DNA of 64,000 bases, from the NCBI GenBank assembly GCA_028122735.1, contig JAOHSR010000004.1, forward strand, positions 175-64,174. The letters run 5' to 3'. Within the stretch, counting starts at the first letter, position 1. The number at the start of each line of letters is the position of its first letter. This stretch comes from Flavobacteriales bacterium (GTDB lineage Bacteria > Bacteroidota > Bacteroidia > Flavobacteriales > BACL11). Positions 1-10,126 of the stretch are shown piece by piece. Made by a program: the position numbers and the translations under genes. The notes under the pieces were generated by a model that was given only the letters and a program-made list of their open reading frames with translations, was not told the origin of the DNA and did no database searches.

Positions 1-637
1 CGCACATGTTGAAGAAAAACTTTTAGAAAAAAAATACAGAAATTATTCTAAAGAATATTGGAATAAAAAAAGTTTTTCTCCCTCATCATTACTATTTTAT
101 CTTGGAGTTTCAAAAAAAATTAATAATCTGGAACATCATACATTATTTTTTGATGAAGATATTGAAAAGCATAGTAATGATATTTATGAAAATCCTATTT
201 GGCCTGAAAAACCACTATTCTATACTTGCTGCCCTTCAAAAACCGATCCAACTGTTGCACCAAAAGATAAGGAAAATCTATTTATTTTAATTCCAATTGC
301 TGCAGGACTAGAAGACTCAGAAATGATTAGAGAAAAGTATTTTAAGATTATAATGGATCGTCTTGAAAAATTCTGCAATTTAGACATCAGAAAGCATATC
401 GAGTACAAAAGAAGTTATTGTATTAATGATTTCAAAGAAGATTATTATGCATATAAAGGAAATGCTTATGGCCTAGCAAATACATTAATGCAAACTGCTA
501 ATCTCAAGCCAAAAATTAAGAGTAAAAAAATTAAAAACATGTTCTACACAGGACAACTAACAGTACCAGGTCCTGGTGTACCTCCATCTATTATTTCTGG
601 ACAACTTGTTGCAGAACAAATTATAAAAACAAAATGA
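1..637 (+). CDS. crtI: phytoene desaturase CrtI, C-terminal part (5' end outside window)
   Basis: Frame 2 is open from nt 2 to the TGA at 635-637. The translation ...SPSSLLFYLGV..HHTLFF..PLFYTCCPSKTDPTVAPKDKENLFILIP...FYTGQLTVPGPGVPPSIISG matches the C-terminal half of CrtI-type FAD desaturases. ATGA overlap with crtB. Confidence 0.85.
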   Translation, partial: AHVEEKLLEKKYRNYSKEYWNKKSFSPSSLLFYLGVSKKINNLEHHTLFFDEDIEKHSNDIYENPIWPEKPLFYTCCPSKTDPTVAPKDKENLFILIPIAAGLEDSEMIREKYFKIIMDRLEKFCNLDIRKHIEYKRSYCINDFKEDYYAYKGNAYGLANTLMQTANLKPKIKSKKIKNMFYTGQLTVPGPGVPPSIISGQLVAEQIIKTK

Positions 638-1470
638 AAAAGATTTTTGATGAAGTCTCATTAAAATGTAGTGAGATCACAACCAAATATTATAGCACAA
701 GTTTTTCCTTAGGCATAAAGCTTTTGGATAAAGGAATTCACAGTCCCATTTATTCAATTTATGGATTTGTTCGAGTAGCAGATGAAATTGTAGATAGTTT
801 TCATGAATTTGACAAAGCAAAACTTTTAAATGAATTTAAAGAAAACACAAAACAAGCAATTGAAAATAAAATTAGCCTAAACCCTATTCTAAATAGTTTC
901 CAAGAAGTTGTAAATAAGTATAATATTGAATGGGAACATATTCAAGATTTCCTCTCTAGCATGGAAAGCGATTTAAATCAGAAAAAGCATGATGAAGATA
1001 GTTATAAGCAATATATTAAAGGTTCAGCCGAGGCAGTAGGTTTAATGTGTTTAAGAGTTTTTTGCAATAATAATAACAAACTTTATACTGATTTAGAAAA
1101 ATACGCTATTTACCTTGGTTCTGTTTTTCAAAAAGTCAATTTCATAAGAGATATTAGCGCTGATTACAATGATCTTAAACGCGTATACTTTCCACAGCTT
1201 AACATCAATGAATTTAATGAAGAAGAAAAAAATAAAATTGAAGATGATATTGAAAAAGAATTTAGCCTAGCACTTATTGGAATAAAACAACTGCCAAAAA
1301 CAGCTAAAAAGGGTGTGTTTCTAGCCTATTCATATTATTATTCTCTTTTTAAGAAAATAAAAAGTACTCCAGCTAGTCAAATAATGACCAAAAGAATTAG
1401 AATCCCAAATTTTACGAAGTTTTTAATTCTTATTAAGGTTCAACTATTAAATATGTTTAAGCTAATATGA
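634..1470 (+). CDS. crtB: phytoene synthase
   Basis: 278 aa with squalene/phytoene synthase motifs YYSTSFSLG, VADEIVD (DxxxD), GSAEAVGLMCLRVF and RDISADYNDLKRVYFP. Sits between crtI and crtZ. Confidence 0.9.
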   Translation: MKKIFDEVSLKCSEITTKYYSTSFSLGIKLLDKGIHSPIYSIYGFVRVADEIVDSFHEFDKAKLLNEFKENTKQAIENKISLNPILNSFQEVVNKYNIEWEHIQDFLSSMESDLNQKKHDEDSYKQYIKGSAEAVGLMCLRVFCNNNNKLYTDLEKYAIYLGSVFQKVNFIRDISADYNDLKRVYFPQLNINEFNEEEKNKIEDDIEKEFSLALIGIKQLPKTAKKGVFLAYSYYYSLFKKIKSTPASQIMTKRIRIPNFTKFLILIKVQLLNMFKLI

Positions 1471-1799
1471 AAAAGATAATTATTTTAATACTATTAGTTA
1501 ACATCAATTATGTTTACGCACAGAATGTTAAGAACGTAAGAGAATTATATCTTACATCACACAACAATAAATCAACATGCGACTCTCTTAGTAACTATTT
1601 AAATCAAATAGAAGAAAAAGACAATACAATAGATGCATACATTGGAGCCAATAATTTATTAATAAGTAAATTCTCAAGTAACATTATTAAAAAATTCAAG
1701 TATTTTGAGCAGGGGAAAAAAATAATTGAACAATCAATTAAAAATGATCCGGAAAACATTGAAATTGTTTTTTTTGAGGTATTTAAATCAAAGAAATAG
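1467..1799 (+). CDS. hypothetical secreted protein, probably frameshifted (reading continues in frame +1 to 1920)
   Basis: Signal peptide MKKIIILILLVNINYVYAQ and ATGA overlap with crtB. The ORF stops 24 nt after a T8 run (1768-1775), while ORF 1726-1920 continues in the adjacent frame. Confidence 0.5.
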   Translation: MKKIIILILLVNINYVYAQNVKNVRELYLTSHNNKSTCDSLSNYLNQIEEKDNTIDAYIGANNLLISKFSSNIIKKFKYFEQGKKIIEQSIKNDPENIEIVFFEVFKSKK

Positions 1800-1923
1800 C
1801 CCTTGGTTTTTAAACTACAATCAAAATTTAGGTGAAGACCGTGATTTTTTAATCAAAAACCTCAACTTTATAAGTGATCCGTATTTTAAGAATGTTATTC
1901 AAAAAATTATAAAAAATTAATAA

Positions 1924-2379
1924 ATGATAATCATAAAAACATTAATTATTATTTTCACTTTTTTCTTTATGGAATTTGTTGCTTGGTTTACACATAAATA
2001 TATTATGCATGGATTTTTATGGGCATTACACAAAGATCATCATCAAGTTGACAAGGACAAAATATTTCAAAAAAATGATTATTTCTTTTTGATTTTCGCT
2101 ATACCTTCCATAATATTTTTTGTAATTGGATCTAAAGACTTTAACTATTTATTTTTTATTGGAGTAGGAATTGCTTTATATGGCCTTGCTTATTTTATTA
2201 TACATGAAATAATTATCCATAGAAGATTACCTGCTCCTGACAAAACTAAAAATAGATATATCATTGCTATTAGAAAAGCTCATAAGATCCATCATAAAAA
2301 TAGAAATAAAGAGCATGGAATCAATTTTGGAATGCTAATAGTTTCTAGAAAATACTTTAAAAAAGCATACAACCTCTAA
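1924..2379 (+). CDS. crtZ: beta-carotene 3-hydroxylase
   Basis: 151 aa membrane protein with the His boxes of the fatty-acid-hydroxylase/CrtZ family (HKYIMHGFLWALHKDHH, HEIIIHRR, HKIHHK). Confidence 0.9.
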   Translation: MIIIKTLIIIFTFFFMEFVAWFTHKYIMHGFLWALHKDHHQVDKDKIFQKNDYFFLIFAIPSIIFFVIGSKDFNYLFFIGVGIALYGLAYFIIHEIIIHRRLPAPDKTKNRYIIAIRKAHKIHHKNRNKEHGINFGMLIVSRKYFKKAYNL

Positions 2380-2381
2380 AA

Positions 2382-2540
2382 CTAATGAGTTTGAATTTTA
2401 ATTGATTTAACCTTATTAGTGTCTGTAATATTGGCAGATTCTTTTTCATATTTATCAACTTTAGCTCTATTACAAGAAAGTAAAAGCAAAACAAAAAATA
2501 AAAAAAATAGTTTAAGCCCTATCTTTAAGTACTTTTTCAT
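2382..2540 (-). CDS. small putative lipoprotein (52 aa from the internal MKK start)
   Basis: [24 protein letters not shown] has a signal peptide plus lipobox Cys. It overlaps the 3' end of the upstream gene by 29 nt, and there is no homology evidence. Confidence 0.35.
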   Translation of the reverse strand: MKKYLKIGLKLFFLFFVLLLLSCNRAKVDKYEKESANITDTNKVKSIKIQTH

Positions 2541-3213
2541 AGGCTTCTTGTATAGACAAAAATTTCTCATTTGCTAACTTAATAATATCCTCACTTACAC
2601 CCTGTAATTTATCCGGATGGTATTTCATAACTAATTTTCGATAGGATTTTTTAATATCATCAAGACTTGCACCCTCATCAACTTCAAGAATTTTATAATA
2701 TTTAGAAGCATTAGAATCCCCATTCAAAAACATTGAACTAATTGATTGAAAATCGTAAGAGTTAATATTTAGATATCCAGAAATTTTTTGAATTAAATTA
2801 ATTTCAGATTGATGTACTTCTCTATCACTTGAGGCAACACCAAAAAGAAAATGTATAATTTGAAGTCTCGAAGCATGGTTAACTGATTGTGTTAATTGTA
2901 AACATATTCCTCTAATTTGAGATGTGAAAGATTGTTTGTTTAATGTATTAAAAATCTTAAAATACCTCTGAGATTTTACCTCTCCAAAAGTTTTTGTAAA
3001 AAAAGACTTAACATAATTTAATTCCTCTTGACGTACTTTACCATCAGCCTTTATAACAAGTGAAGCAAGAATTAACAGAGATATCTCATATGCTTTTTCC
3101 TGATCATTTTTTCCGTTAAAAAAACTTTTTCCAACATAATAACCAATTATAGCTCCAATTGGCCCTGCTAAAAACCAACCTGCACTAACACCTACCCACT
3201 TTCCTAAAGACAT
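2512..3213 (-). CDS. djlA: DjlA-like co-chaperone (N-terminal TM, TerB-like domain, C-terminal J domain)
   Basis: Gly-rich N-terminal [23 protein letters not shown] and a C-terminal J domain [32 protein letters not shown] with the HPD motif. The architecture matches E. coli DjlA. Confidence 0.7.
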   Translation of the reverse strand: MSLGKWVGVSAGWFLAGPIGAIIGYYVGKSFFNGKNDQEKAYEISLLILASLVIKADGKVRQEELNYVKSFFTKTFGEVKSQRYFKIFNTLNKQSFTSQIRGICLQLTQSVNHASRLQIIHFLFGVASSDREVHQSEINLIQKISGYLNINSYDFQSISSMFLNGDSNASKYYKILEVDEGASLDDIKKSYRKLVMKYHPDKLQGVSEDIIKLANEKFLSIQEAYEKVLKDRA

Positions 3214-3244
3214 ATTGAATATTTTTTACAAATCTAATTATATT

Positions 3245-4483
3245 TTACTCTAAATTTTTCCTTTCATAAGACAGAATTAACAAATAATAACTAAAGACAC
3301 CAAAAGAATAAAGTGCAGCTGTCAAATAAAAAATATAAGAGTACTGATACCCCAAATCAATTAAATACCTGAAAATTTGAGAACTAAAATACCAACTCCC
3401 ACTCCAAATAGCAGCCATTATAGCGCTCAACATTTCTTGATTATTTTTCCCAACATAATTCATTGTTAGCTGCGAGGTCATAGGAGCTGCCAAATTCATT
3501 AAAGGGGCTCTTAATAAATAACAAAAGAGTGCAATAGGAAGAGCAAACCAATAGTCTGTAAAAAATTCTGTCGTTGCTAAAACAATAAGAGCAAAAACAG
3601 CTACAGACTGACTAACTGTAATGCCTTTTTTATATCCAAATCTACTTTTTACTTTTGGAACAAATAAAGAGCTAAAAGCAACTAACAAACTTGTACAAGA
3701 CCCAATTAATGCAAACTCCGAAGCATCAATTAGAAAGTTGTGAAAAAAGAAAAGATTTATAAACGGAATAGTTAAGCCAGCTCCAATAGCAATAATCAGA
3801 GTAGGGATAGTTGCTTTCATAATTAACAACCAATCTAAACTTGACGAAAATAAATTTTTAGATTCTACTTTATTTTTAATGGGATTATCTGTATTTAAAG
3901 AATATAAAAAGCGTAGACCAACAAAACCAATACAGGAAATGATAATTAAAACCTGACCATTATCTACGGAAGTTAAATTATCAAATAAAAATATTAACAA
4001 GCCACTTAAAATCATACCAAAACTATTTGTTGCAAAACTCAAAGCAATAGCGTGCGATTGATTTTCTTCCTTTGTGTTACGCATAATATATGGCAAAATA
4101 CTTACCTGAAAAAAAGTATAAAGTATACCCCAACCAATGAACAAAAAAGGAAGAACATCCACAAAATTATTTTGTATTGACATAACAACAGCAATTGCAA
4201 CTATAGGCACACCAATACTACCAATTATTAAAAAAGGTTTCAGAATTTTTCCTCTTATAAAAAACCCTAGAGGGAAAGCTAAAAGCATTACAGCTAAAAA
4301 TCTAAAAGAAATAAAATGAGCTATCTCAGAATCAGAAAAACCATTTTTTGCAAGGAATATATTTAGTATTAAAAAAAAAGCACCCCCAACAATTTGAACA
4401 AAAAATTGCGCTTTAATTACACTTAAAATATGAGGTTCAAGATATTTATAATTACTAATGAGTTTCTTAAAATTGTTGAGCAT
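3245..4483 (-). CDS. MFS-type transporter
   Basis: 412 aa with about 12 hydrophobic segments in a 6+6 layout and a central loop. Family assigned from architecture only. Confidence 0.65.
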   Translation of the reverse strand: MLNNFKKLISNYKYLEPHILSVIKAQFFVQIVGGAFFLILNIFLAKNGFSDSEIAHFISFRFLAVMLLAFPLGFFIRGKILKPFLIIGSIGVPIVAIAVVMSIQNNFVDVLPFLFIGWGILYTFFQVSILPYIMRNTKEENQSHAIALSFATNSFGMILSGLLIFLFDNLTSVDNGQVLIIISCIGFVGLRFLYSLNTDNPIKNKVESKNLFSSSLDWLLIMKATIPTLIIAIGAGLTIPFINLFFFHNFLIDASEFALIGSCTSLLVAFSSLFVPKVKSRFGYKKGITVSQSVAVFALIVLATTEFFTDYWFALPIALFCYLLRAPLMNLAAPMTSQLTMNYVGKNNQEMLSAIMAAIWSGSWYFSSQIFRYLIDLGYQYSYIFYLTAALYSFGVFSYYLLILSYERKNLE

Positions 4484-4489
4484 CTCTAA

Positions 4490-5293
4490 TTAAACAAAAA
4501 TATTATTACTGTTCAAATGTAATTCTTCAAAAACCTTCATTATTGCATTTCTACCACGCACACCAAGATCTACAGAAAAATCATTAACATAAAGATTAAT
4601 ATGTGATTGAATAACTTTTGCATCCATTTCCTGAGCATGAGATTTTACATATTTAGAAGCAGATCCTGTATTTGACAATGAAAATTTTAAACTTGTTAAA
4701 ATCAAACGATCTATTTTCTTTTGTTCTTGCTCACTAAATTTTCTACTTACCGCAATACCACCAAGTGGAATTGGAAGATTTGTTTTGTTAAACCAGTAAT
4801 CACCTAAATCTTCAACTTTAACCAATCCTTTTTTCAGAAAAGTAAACCTGTTTTCATGAATTATTAGACCAGCGTCAAACTTACCGCTATAAACTAAACC
4901 CTCTATTTCTGAAAAAAGAACTGACGTTTTATTTATGAAACTTGGATATGCTATTTTTAATAATAGATTAGCGGTAGTTAATGCTCCAGGAATAGCAATG
5001 GAACTATTTGGATTCAATACAGTTTCTGGTCTTTTGATTAATATGGGGCCACATCCATTACCAAGAGCAGAACCGCTATTTAATAACTTATACTTTTCAT
5101 AACATTTTGTAAATGCATAATAACTTAATTTTGTGATATCATAGCGATGAGATGAAGACCAAATATTTAATTTATCAATATCTGCAATTACAGGAATAAA
5201 CTCAATACCTTCAGTATCAATTTTATTATTAACTAAAGCATCAAAAATAAAAGTATCGTTAGGACATGAGGAAAAAGCTAGATTAATTTTCAT
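4490..5293 (-). CDS. mqnD: 1,4-dihydroxy-6-naphthoate synthase (futalosine pathway, MqnD-like)
   Basis: The N-terminus MKINLAFSSCPNDTFIFDALVNNKID matches the SPCPNDTF signature of the MqnA/MqnD periplasmic-binding-like fold. 267 aa, adjacent to an mqnB-like gene. Confidence 0.7.
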   Translation of the reverse strand: MKINLAFSSCPNDTFIFDALVNNKIDTEGIEFIPVIADIDKLNIWSSSHRYDITKLSYYAFTKCYEKYKLLNSGSALGNGCGPILIKRPETVLNPNSSIAIPGALTTANLLLKIAYPSFINKTSVLFSEIEGLVYSGKFDAGLIIHENRFTFLKKGLVKVEDLGDYWFNKTNLPIPLGGIAVSRKFSEQEQKKIDRLILTSLKFSLSNTGSASKYVKSHAQEMDAKVIQSHINLYVNDFSVDLGVRGRNAIMKVFEELHLNSNNIFV

Positions 5294-5873
5294 ATTTATC
5301 CAAAATTTTATTTAACTCAAGATTAAGATTATTAATAGCTAAACCAATATTCCATTTTTCTTTTGCCCGTTCTTCTACATAATTAGAAATTGCTCTAATT
5401 TGAAAGAATTCAAATCCAAGTTTATTACACACCATCATGCATGCAGCGCCTTCCATTGATTCAACATCAGGATGTAATCTTTTTTGAATATTATCAATAG
5501 AATTTTTATTACCATGAATTGTATTGACAGTAATTCCTTTAGCTTGAGACAAATGAGTTGTAGATTTAAAAGAAAACTCAGTTTCAACATCTAAACCTAT
5601 TGCATTTACGTCTAAAAAATCATCTCCACTTTGAGCCCCAATTTCTGAAAAACAATCTTTTGAAACTTCAACAACATCACCAATTTTAAAATTAAGATTA
5701 TACGCACCTGCTACACCAACATTAATAATTAAATCAGGAGAATGGTTATATAAATATTTAGTGAGAGAAAAAACAGTATTTACCATACCAATTCCCGTAA
5801 TCAAAACATCATGATTAATAAAATTATCCTTATTAATCTCTTGTGCAGTTGCAGCAACAATTAGAATTTTCAT
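5283..5873 (-). CDS. mqnB: futalosine hydrolase-like nucleosidase (PNP/UDP family)
   Basis: Trimmed to the internal start MKILIVAATAQEI (cat at 5871-5873). Has the nucleosidase motif ESMEGAA and overlaps mqnD by 11 nt. Confidence 0.6.
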   Translation of the reverse strand: MKILIVAATAQEINKDNFINHDVLITGIGMVNTVFSLTKYLYNHSPDLIINVGVAGAYNLNFKIGDVVEVSKDCFSEIGAQSGDDFLDVNAIGLDVETEFSFKSTTHLSQAKGITVNTIHGNKNSIDNIQKRLHPDVESMEGAACMMVCNKLGFEFFQIRAISNYVEERAKEKWNIGLAINNLNLELNKILDKYEN

Positions 5874-5931
5874 CTTGCAAAAATACCAAAGAAAAGATAG
5901 TATATTTACAAAAAAATAAACTCTTATTAAA

Positions 5932-6486
5932 GTGCACAAGAAGAAGCTAGCCGACAGCATAAAAATCGTTTTAAAGGAAATTGGTGAAGACCCTAATCGC
6001 GAGGGTTTATTAAAAACTCCTGAAAGAGTTGCTAAATCAATGGATTATTTAACTAACGGTTATGGAATAAATCCATCTGAAATTCTAAAAAAAGCAATGT
6101 TCAAAGAGCAGTATAATCAAATGGTATTAGTAAAGGATATTGAAATGTATTCCATGTGCGAACATCACATGCTACCTTTTTTTGGTAAAGCTCATGTTGC
6201 ATATATTCCAAATGGTCATATTGTTGGATTAAGCAAAATACCTAGAGTTGTTGATGTTTTTTCCAGAAGACTACAAGTTCAAGAAAGATTAACAGATCAA
6301 ATAAAGGATTGTATTCAAGAAACTTTAAATCCCAAAGGGGTTGCTGTAGTGATTGAAGCTCAGCATCTTTGTATGCAAATGAGAGGAGTACAAAAGCAAC
6401 ACTCATCCACAACATCATCTGCATTTTCTGGTCTCTTCTTAAGAGATGAAAAAACTAGAGCAGAATTTATGAATCTGATAACATGA
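5932..6486 (+). CDS. folE: GTP cyclohydrolase I
   Basis: GTG start. Has [14 protein letters not shown] and the zinc-site block [18 protein letters not shown]. Confidence 0.95.
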   Translation: MHKKKLADSIKIVLKEIGEDPNREGLLKTPERVAKSMDYLTNGYGINPSEILKKAMFKEQYNQMVLVKDIEMYSMCEHHMLPFFGKAHVAYIPNGHIVGLSKIPRVVDVFSRRLQVQERLTDQIKDCIQETLNPKGVAVVIEAQHLCMQMRGVQKQHSSTTSSAFSGLFLRDEKTRAEFMNLIT

Positions 6487-7367
6487 TTAAAGCATTTGTA
6501 TTTCCAGGTCAAGGAGCGCAATTCCCTGGAATGGGGAAAGAACTTTACACAAATTATTCGCTTGCTAAAGAGATGTTTGAAAATGCAAATCAAATATTAG
6601 GTTACAGTATCACAGATATTATGTTTGGTGAAGATGCAGACTTGCTAAAAGAAACTAAAATAACTCAACCAGCTATTTTTCTACATTCTGTTATATCATC
6701 AAAATTGTTAAAAGAAAAATTTAATCCAAATTATGTTGCTGGACATTCACTTGGAGAGTTTTCAGCACTTGTTGCTAGTGGATACATTAAATTTGAAGAT
6801 GGCCTAAATCTTGTTCAAAACAGAGCAAATGCTATGCAAAAATCGTGCAAAGAAAATCCATCAACAATGGCTGCAATTATTGGTCTTGAAAATGAAATCG
6901 TTGAAAAAATATGTAGTGATATTGATGAAGTAGTTGTGCCGGCCAATTACAACTGCCCAGGACAATTAGTTATTTCTGGTAGTTTTGATGGGATTGATCA
7001 GGCGTGTGAAAAACTAAAATTAGCAGGTGCAAGACGAGCATTAAAACTTCCAGTTGGAGGTGCTTTTCACTCACCTCTTATGCAATCAGCTCAAGAGGAA
7101 TTAGAAAAAGCTATTAACAAAACAACTTTTTATGACGGAATATGTCCTATATTTCAAAATGTAACAGCCGCACAAACAACATCAAAATCGGAAATAAAAG
7201 AAAATCTGATTAAGCAATTAACGGGGCCAGTTAAATGGACACAAATTATGCAAAAAATGATAAGTCATAAGGTAAATAACGTTACCGAAGTTGGTCCTGG
7301 CAAAGTCCTTCAGGGCTTGTTTAAAAAAGTAAATAGAGAAATAGAAACTTCTAGTACAAATCTATAA
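6483..7367 (+). CDS. fabD: malonyl-CoA:ACP transacylase
   Basis: [17 protein letters not shown], active-site [10 protein letters not shown] and [13 protein letters not shown] overlap with folE. Confidence 0.95.
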   Translation: MIKAFVFPGQGAQFPGMGKELYTNYSLAKEMFENANQILGYSITDIMFGEDADLLKETKITQPAIFLHSVISSKLLKEKFNPNYVAGHSLGEFSALVASGYIKFEDGLNLVQNRANAMQKSCKENPSTMAAIIGLENEIVEKICSDIDEVVVPANYNCPGQLVISGSFDGIDQACEKLKLAGARRALKLPVGGAFHSPLMQSAQEELEKAINKTTFYDGICPIFQNVTAAQTTSKSEIKENLIKQLTGPVKWTQIMQKMISHKVNNVTEVGPGKVLQGLFKKVNREIETSSTNL

Positions 7368-8096
7368 TTGAGAATTTAATAATTTTTGACTCTTTACCAA
7401 GTCATGCCATGCAGATAATGTTTGACACTTTCCATAAAGCCTTGCATGATTCATATTATGACAGTCTGTTCCAACAAATGAAATCATTTCCTTTTTTATT
7501 AACATCTCAGCATTGTTCTTAACCTCATTAGAATAATAACCTAACATGGATAGGAAATTAAGTTGAAATAACACGCCCCTGTCAATTAATCCCTCATAAT
7601 CTTTCAAACTTAAATATTGATACCTAGCAGGATGAGCTAAAACTAACTTATAGCCTTCTAATTGTAATTTAAAAATAATATCATATAAATTTCTAGGGGC
7701 TTCTAAAAATGAGAATTCAATCAAAAGATAATTATCTCCAAAGGTTAAAAAATTTTCTTTTCCAATTCTCTGTTCAAAATCATAGTCAACATAATACTCC
7801 GCAGCAGCTTCAAATTCAATATCAATACTTTCTTCTTTTAGACATTTCCTGATTTTTTCTAATCCTGAGATAATAGTAGTTGAATCATTTTTATAGAGAT
7901 CAGACATAACATGAGGGGTAGTAATTATTTTTTTATACCCATACTTTACTAACTCTTTAATCAAAGCTAAACTATCCTCAATACTCTTAGCGCCATCATC
8001 AATTCCAGGAATCAAATGAGAATGAATATCAACTTTAATATTAGAAAAATCTATTGGATCAAGCTTTGTTTGTTTTTTTTTAAACCAATTAAACAT
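7362..8096 (-). CDS. PHP-family protein-tyrosine phosphatase (CpsB/YwqE-like)
   Basis: DIHSHLIPGIDDGAKSIEDSL N-terminal metal-binding motif, with later ...AHPARY and GTDCHN His motifs. Confidence 0.8.
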   Translation of the reverse strand: MFNWFKKKQTKLDPIDFSNIKVDIHSHLIPGIDDGAKSIEDSLALIKELVKYGYKKIITTPHVMSDLYKNDSTTIISGLEKIRKCLKEESIDIEFEAAAEYYVDYDFEQRIGKENFLTFGDNYLLIEFSFLEAPRNLYDIIFKLQLEGYKLVLAHPARYQYLSLKDYEGLIDRGVLFQLNFLSMLGYYSNEVKNNAEMLIKKEMISFVGTDCHNMNHARLYGKCQTLSAWHDLVKSQKLLNSQL

Positions 8097-8196
8097 AGAT
8101 GTATTTTAAAAGCATGACAAATATATGCAATTAATAGAGGTTCCAATACGTTTATTAGTTGATGAAAATGTATTTTAGCAATAGATTGATTAAGAC

Positions 8197-8928
8197 ATGA
8201 ATAAAAAAATAATAATAGTAATTCTTTTTTTTTCAAATTTTTTGTATTCACAAAATAATGACCTAAATGCCATCTTAATTAACTACTCTTATCAACTTCC
8301 AATTGGGGAATTATCTGACAAATTCAGCAATAATTCTGCAATAGGAATCAATTTCTTAAAAAAGAATAAGAAAAACTTTTTTTACGGCATGAAAGCCAGT
8401 TTTATTTTTGGAGGAAGTATTCAAGACAGTACTATATTCAATAATATAAATACTGAACTCGGATATGTAATAGATGGAAACGGAACATATGCAAATATAA
8501 TTCTACTGCAGGAGGGCTTTAGCTCAAATGTGTATATTGGATATGCTTTACATAAAAAAGAAAATTCTCTTAGCGGAATATATTTATCATTTGGCTTAGG
8601 CATCTTACAACACAGAATAAACATAGAAACTAAGAATCAATACATTCCTCAGCTTAGCAGTGAGTATAAAAAAGGATATGATCAACTTACAAATGGTCTA
8701 AGCACACATTACAATATTGATTATATGATTATTGATGATAAAAATAAGTTCAAAATATTTACAGGCATTAACTATAACTTGGCATTTACAAAAAACAGAA
8801 GGACATATGATTTTAGCACAACGAATATTTCAGAAAATCAAATAAGATTTGACCAGCTATTAGGAATTCATTTTGGAATTATTATACCAATAAATCGTCG
8901 AAATAATGAAGAATTTCACTATTTCTAA
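8197..8928 (+). CDS. hypothetical outer-membrane beta-barrel-like protein
   Basis: Signal peptide MNKKIIIVILFFSNFLYSQ, alternating aromatic/hydrophilic beta-strand pattern and C-terminal ...FHYF. Confidence 0.5.
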   Translation: MNKKIIIVILFFSNFLYSQNNDLNAILINYSYQLPIGELSDKFSNNSAIGINFLKKNKKNFFYGMKASFIFGGSIQDSTIFNNINTELGYVIDGNGTYANIILLQEGFSSNVYIGYALHKKENSLSGIYLSFGLGILQHRINIETKNQYIPQLSSEYKKGYDQLTNGLSTHYNIDYMIIDDKNKFKIFTGINYNLAFTKNRRTYDFSTTNISENQIRFDQLLGIHFGIIIPINRRNNEEFHYF

Positions 8929-10116
8929 ATGTTATATTTCTACAATATAATTATTAAAATCTGTGGATTTGTGATTAAAATTCATTCTATATATAATCAA
9001 AAATCTAAACAGTGGATTGATGGCAGAAAAGACATTTTTTCCAGATTAGAAAAAGAAATCACAAATGATAAAAATATTGTTTGGTTTCATTGTGCATCTC
9101 ATGGAGAGTACGAGCAAGTAAATAAATTAATTTCCCAATACAAAAACAATTTTCCAAAAGACAAAATTCTACTAACATTTTTCTCTCCTTCAGGCTTTAA
9201 TAATGTTAAACAAAATAAAAATATTGATTGGAAATTTTATCTTCCTTTAGACACAAAGACAAACGCAAAAAAATTTATTCAACTAGTAATGCCTGAAAAG
9301 GTTTTTTTTGTAAAGTCTGAGCTTTGGTATAACTATATGAATCAGTTAAGCCTCTGTAAAATTCCTTTATATCATGTTTCCTCTGTCTTTGAAAAAAAGA
9401 AGTTTTCTACTCGCTCATCCTTTAGCGTTGAAATGCTTTCAAAATCTAAACACTTCTTTGTTCAAGACAAAAACTCCTTAGATGTATTAAATAATATAAA
9501 TATTAAAAATACCTCAATAATTGGAGACACAAGATTTGATTCAATTTTAGAAAATATTAAAAACAAAAAAGAAGATCAAAAAATACTAGATTTTTGCTTA
9601 AACAAAACAACCATTATTTTTGCTAGTGTTTGGCCAGAAGACGAGCATATCTACAGAAGATTTATAAAAGAAAATAGTCAATACAGATTCATTATAGCTC
9701 CGCATGAGTTAAATTATTGTAAAAAGATTTCTAAGCTTTTAGATATTGAACTATACTCAGAATTTGATAAAAAAACAGAAAAAAATATTTTACTAATTAA
9801 TAAAATTGGCATCCTAAAAGACATCTATAAATATTGCTCCTTAGCATACATTGGGGGAGGATTCGGAAAAGGTATTCATAATATTATAGAGGCCTCGGCA
9901 AACTTAAAGCCTGTAATTTTCGGCCCAAACCATTCACAGTTTATTGAGTCAAATGATTTAATGAAAATTAATGGAGCAGCTTCTGTAAAAAACTATAATG
10001 GATTTTTACAAAAATTCCACAAGCTAATATCCTCTTTTGATAAAAAAGCTGTGTCAAATTATATTAAAGATAAATCTGGAGCAACAGATCAAATAATTCA
10101 ATATCTAAAAGGCTAG
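8929..10116 (+). CDS. waaA: 3-deoxy-D-manno-octulosonic acid (Kdo) transferase
   Basis: N-terminal domain motif VWFHCASHGEYEQ (compare W-H-x-x-S-x-GE) and a C-terminal GT-B block AYIGGGFGKGIHNIIEA. 395 aa. Confidence 0.8.
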   Translation: MLYFYNIIIKICGFVIKIHSIYNQKSKQWIDGRKDIFSRLEKEITNDKNIVWFHCASHGEYEQVNKLISQYKNNFPKDKILLTFFSPSGFNNVKQNKNIDWKFYLPLDTKTNAKKFIQLVMPEKVFFVKSELWYNYMNQLSLCKIPLYHVSSVFEKKKFSTRSSFSVEMLSKSKHFFVQDKNSLDVLNNINIKNTSIIGDTRFDSILENIKNKKEDQKILDFCLNKTTIIFASVWPEDEHIYRRFIKENSQYRFIIAPHELNYCKKISKLLDIELYSEFDKKTEKNILLINKIGILKDIYKYCSLAYIGGGFGKGIHNIIEASANLKPVIFGPNHSQFIESNDLMKINGAASVKNYNGFLQKFHKLISSFDKKAVSNYIKDKSGATDQIIQYLKG

Positions 10117-10126
10117 ATACTTTAAT

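Noticed and set aside
5874-5960. Long N-terminal extensions offered by the ORF track: 5283-5960, 20370-, 22692-23219, 28097-30745, 47963-49108, 60431-, 60990-, 41621-.
   Set aside because: In each case an internal ATG gives the family-typical N-terminus (signal peptide, P-loop or conserved first strand). The upstream extension would also run into the neighbouring gene or promoter region.
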